A stretch of DNA of 57,420 bases, from contig NW_021835245.1 in NCBI RefSeq assembly GCF_006345805.1, positions 1-57,420 of the forward strand, written 5' to 3'. Below the pieces are notes generated by a model. It was not told the origin of the DNA, did no database searches, and was given only the letters and a program-made list of their open reading frames with translations. Source of the stretch: Octopus sinensis. Its lineage: Eukaryota. Position numbers and translations under genes: made by a program. Shown here piece by piece: positions 52,847 through 57,420 of this stretch (the stretch's first letter is position 1; the number at the start of each line of letters is the position of its first letter).

Positions 52847-53365
52847 CGCTGATGCAGTGCAAGGTACTGACTCTCATGGCTTCTGATCTTAACTGATTGG
52901 GAGTGTTATCATGTACATGTTTTATCTTGCTACTAAAGATGGGCTACAGTAAATATTCTGTTCAATACTGCAGATTTGCTTGACCTTCACCAGATGAGCA
53001 CGTCTCTTGGAGGCTGACGGTATGTGCATCTCTGAACACGAGCAGACGTAGTGGGAGAGGATCCCGACCATATGTTGAGAGGAATTCTTTGAGGTGTTTC
53101 GTTCATCGTCCTTAAGCAAACCTTTTTTAGGGACCTTTTGCGCAGGATGGACTACTTGACCTGAAAGATATTCCAACTAAGCCCCACCTACAAGCTCATG
53201 CCCTGTATATCTTGAAACGAAATCACCATGTCACGTACATATGGTTGTGATGCATGTACCTGGAGTACCCTTATCAGACAGGTAGTCATGTTGGGTACAT
53301 TGGGCGTCGTATATTTGTACTCCAGTGTCACTTTGATGGCGTGTACTGCTCTCTCACTCAGCAAT
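52847..53365 (+). mobile_element. ~520-bp element, near full length
   Basis: gctgatgcagtgcaaggtactgactctcatggcttctg...gctctctcactcagcaataat. Confidence 0.8.
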
Positions 53366-53514
53366 AATACTAATTCCTTCTACTATAGGTACAAGGTCCG
53401 AAATTTTTGGGAGAGGGGATAGTCAATTACATCGACCCCAGTGCTCGACTGGAATCTTACATCGGCCCCGAAAAGATGACAGGCAAAGTGGACCTCGGTG
53501 GAATTTATACTGAG

Positions 53515-53862
53515 TAAACCATCGCACTCAAAAGATCCTTAAATAGGGGTTGTTTAAGGATGTTGAACGAAGCATCCATGTCTCCAGAGGTGAGTTATTC
53601 AAACCCCAAAGAATCCCTCTCAACACATGGCTATGATGCTCCCCCACTACTTCTGCTCGAGATCAGAGATGCACATATTGTCAGCCACTAAGGGACACGC
53701 TCAACTGATTAAGGTCAAACAACTGACAAGCAAATCTGTGGTAATGAGCAGAATATTTGCTGTAGCCCATCTTTTATACCAAGACAAAACAATGTACATG
53801 ATAACACTTCCAATCAGTTAAGATCAGAAGCCACGAGAGCCTGTGCCTGGTACTACATAATT
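53515..53862 (-). mobile_element. ~560-bp element, 5' half
   Basis: aaccatcgcactcaaaagatcc...gcctggtactacat followed by (ATT)n. Confidence 0.8.
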
Positions 53863-53934
53863 ATTATTATTATTGTTGTTGTTGTTGCTCTTGTCCTTGT
53901 TCTTGTTGTTTTTGCTGTTATTATTATTCCTTCG

Positions 53935-54265
53935 TAACACAGTCATGTGTTTAGAGGAATTCTTTGGGGTTTGAATAATTCACCTCTGGAAACATGGGTG
54001 TTTCGTTCATCATCCTTAAACAAACCTTATTTAAGGATCTTTTGAGTGGGATGGGCTACTTAATATAAGGAAAATTCTAACCGAATTCCACCTGCAAGGT
54101 CACGTGCTATTTATCTTCATACAAGCTCACCATGTCCCGCACATGTGATTGTGATTGATGCGCCTGGAGTACCCTTATCAGACGGGTGGTCATGATGGGT
54201 ATACTGGACTTCGTATATTTTACCCCAGTGTCTCTTTGACGGCGAGCACTGCTCACTCACTCAAT
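53935..54265 (+). mobile_element. ~560-bp element, 3' half, followed by a (GAT/AAT)n tail
   Basis: gtcatgtgtttagaggaattctttggggtttg...gcactgctcactcactcaataat. Confidence 0.8.
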
Positions 54266-54266
54266 A

Positions 54267-54378
<112 letters not shown>

Positions 54379-55269
54379 TGATGATGATGATAATAATAAT
54401 AATAATAATAATAACAACAACAATAACAACAATAATAACAATTTCTATTATAAACACAAAGCCTGGAATTTTTCAGTGGTGGTGGTGATGGTGGAGCTAA
54501 TCGATTACATCGATTACAGTATTTTATTGGCACTTATTTTATCAATCCGGAAAGGATAAAAGACAAAACCAATCTTGGTGGAATTTCATCTCAAAAGTAT
54601 GCGCTTGACCGAATGCTAGTAAACATCTAAAATAAAGGTTCATAAAAAATATCTAATTTTAAAAAGATCTTTCTTCAATTGTGTATGTGTGTATGTGTAT
54701 GTGTGTGTTTGTGTGCGTGTTTATGTGTGCGCGCATGTGTTTGTTTTATATTTATTTGCCCTACAACTTGGCAAGGACAGGACAGGGAAGTTGTTACGAC
54801 CCCTATCTTCTATTACATATTTAAATGTGGTCTCTCGTTCTCCGCCCCCTCTCTATCGTCTCCGTAACATAGTGGTTCAGCCAGAGACCATTAGAATAAA
54901 TACCAGGCTTTAAAAAAATGCAGTAGGGGCGATTTATTCAACTAAAATTCCTTTAGGTGGGGCCACGGCATGGTCGCTCTCTAATGATTGAGACAAGTAA
55001 AAGATAAAAAGTGATGAGACACGTATAGTCTATGATAACAGTAAAGCCGTGGGTATTGCCAAATAAAAGTCCGATTCCGACACCCAAACTAGATCTACAT
55101 CCAAAGGTTTTCTTGGACGATTCGGTGGAAGGTAAAATGTCTTGTTCACTTTGAGTTACTGGAACAAGGAAAAAGCATCTCTGCAGAACTTAATCGTCAA
55201 AATTTGCTCAGGTAAACAATCAGCTATAGTCAACAGAAAGGGAGGAATTCGGCAACATTATAATTTATT

Positions 55270-55690
55270 TCTTTACTAGCCACAAGGAGCTACACACAGA
55301 AGGGACAAACAAGGACAGACAAAAGGATTAAGTCGATTACATCGACCAAAATGCGTAACTGGTACTTAATTTATCGACCCCGAAAGGATGAAAGGCAAAG
55401 TCGACCTCGGCGGAATTTGAACTCAGAACGTAAGACAGACGAAATACCTATTCTTCTTTATACCCACAAGGGGCTAAACATAGAGGGGACAAACAAGGAC
55501 AGGCAAACGGATTAAGAAGTCGATTACATCGACTCCAGTGCGTAACTGGTACTTATTTAATCGACCCCGAAAGGATGAAAGGCAAAGTCGACCTCGACGG
55601 AATTTTGAACTCAGAAACGTAAGACAACGAAAAAAAAACCGCTAAGCATTTCTCTCGGCGTGCTAACGGTTCTGCCAGCTCGCCGCCTTG
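55270..55690 (-). mobile_element. Tandem pair of SINE family A copies
   Basis: Two consecutive units (about 55270-55450 and 55450-55690); only the second keeps the tRNA-like head. Confidence 0.8.
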
Positions 55691-55724
55691 TTCGGCAACA
55701 TTATAATACATGGTCACAATTAGC

Positions 55725-56010
55725 GGAGATAGCCGAACAAAAGGTAAATTTATTAAGCTGGGATGCTCTACTTTACCCCTCTACTCACCAGACCTGGCAC
55801 CGTCAGATTCTCACATATTCATCTCAGACACTTTATCGGTGCAAAGACATAAAAACATTCAGAAACAGGGACGAAATCGAAACGGCACTTGAAATGCAAT
55901 CCCCTTCTAAAGAACCTGATTTTAATTTTTTGTCCGAGAGATCAGAAAACTGGTTTGGTTTGGTTGGGAAGAATTTTATTGCAAACGATGGAGATTATAT
56001 TCTGTATGAA
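55725..56010 (+). mobile_element. mariner-type transposase C-terminal remnant
   Basis: KLGCSTLPLYSPDLAPSDSHIF (YSPDLAPSD catalytic motif) and, in a second frame, TFRNRDEIETAL...NDGDY. Confidence 0.75.
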
Positions 56011-56025
56011 CAGATATATGAAAGA

Positions 56026-56422
56026 CTAGCAGTATCGCCCGGCGTTGCTCGGGTTTTGTAAGGGAAATAACTATATAAGCATTTTAGAGAGTTATAGCCA
56101 AAAAATAGCAAAAATGCATTAAAAATGGAAAAAAAAAAATGATGGTAAATTTTTTTTTAAATCGTTGACTCATCGTAGACATTTTTAGAGAGTTACTTCC
56201 CTTATATAATAGCGAAAAAATGCATTAAAAAGGAAAAAATGATGGTAATTTTTTTTTAAATAGTAGACTCATCGTAGACGCGCGCTAATACCCAGAAGGG
56301 CTCGATATGAATCACGACTATAAGATACCCGGTTTTCGTTAAACTGCACCGCAAAATGTGGGAGTTGTTAGGAATCTAAATCGTAGGAGACAGACACACA
56401 ACTTCACTTTTATATATAAAGA
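56026..56422 (-). mobile_element. Non-autonomous Helitron, complete termini
   Basis: Minus strand A|TCTTTATATATAAAAGTG... 5' end; 3' hairpin cccgagcaacgccggg then CTAG|T at 56029-56026; internal ~110-bp direct repeat. Confidence 0.8.
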
Positions 56423-56479
56423 TATGGTGTTTTTAATACTCATTTGAACTGATTACATGAAATGACAACAATATTTTCA

Positions 56480-57066
56480 TTGCCATTTATATATGTGCGT
56501 ATCTGTGTGTGCATGTGTATACGTGCCTACAAATTCATACATACATTTATATTCACTCATATATATAAGATACATATATAACATACATATATGTATATAT
56601 ACATACACATATATGTATGCATATAAATGCATACATACACATATGCATATGCATATACATATATGTATGCATACATATATTTATATTCACGTACATATAC
56701 ATATATACATATCCATCTACATATATATAGGTATATATACATATATATACATACGTATATATTTTACATATATACATACAAACATATATATACACATATA
56801 TTTATTTATACATACATGTATTTATATATGTACGTATATATACATACATATATATAGAACATAACTATATATATACATATATATACATAATACATATATA
56901 CATACACATATACATATACCTATATAACACACACACACATATATATATATATACCTACATAGATATGTACATAATAGATATATATATATATATATATACA
57001 TAAATACATACAACATACATACATACATAGATAATACATATATATATATATATAATTTATATATTT

Positions 57067-57112
<46 letters not shown>

Positions 57113-57200
57113 GTATATATATATATGTATGTATATATATATATATAATATATGTATATATATATATATGTATATATATATATACATGTATATACCATAT
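56480..57200. repeat. (TA)n/(CATA)n microsatellite block
   Basis: Direct reading. Confidence 0.9.
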
Positions 57201-57420
57201 GCATACATATAATGTTAATCACGCAATCTCCCAGAGTAGATGCCAGTGATGGAGTTCCGATTCCTTGAATTAACCATTCCGTATCTATCTCTTCCTTGTT
57301 AAAACAATATTTCACATCTACCAACAGCAATTCATTATTCTTGTCAAACCACACCACACCGAGCACACCTCACCCCTCCCGTCACTTCGCTTTTTCTCCA
57401 CTCCCTCCCTCTCTCTTTCT

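Overview
Eukaryotic, microsatellite- and transposon-rich genomic DNA; the SINE families and repeat landscape suggest an octopus (inference). One host gene is present: the terminal, homeobox-containing exon of Hox1/labial on the minus strand (splice acceptor at 30334, stop at 29756). No hexapeptide exon was found in the remaining 27 kb, so 30334-57420 is probably intron. The most notable feature is at 23012-23895: a ~350-bp unit in a direct-plus-inverted arrangement typical of Penelope-like pseudo-LTRs or retrozymes. It contains an intact minimal type I hammerhead ribozyme on the minus strand (core 23201-23243) with a compensated U3-A8 core and a palindromic ACUAGU stem III. The rest of the window comprises R4/Dong-clade LINE fragments stacked in (TAA)n tracts with a ~520-560-bp non-autonomous element, a DD37D (maT-type) and a mariner-type remnant, a decayed Penelope RT/GIY-YIG, two decayed CR1/Jockey-like RT remnants, two non-autonomous Helitrons, many tRNA-derived SINEs, minisatellites, a 1.3-kb tandem duplication and several unique islands that may be Hox1 regulatory elements. 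Nearly all ORFs in the supplied track are microsatellite artefacts. Repeat boundaries are read by eye and approximate.
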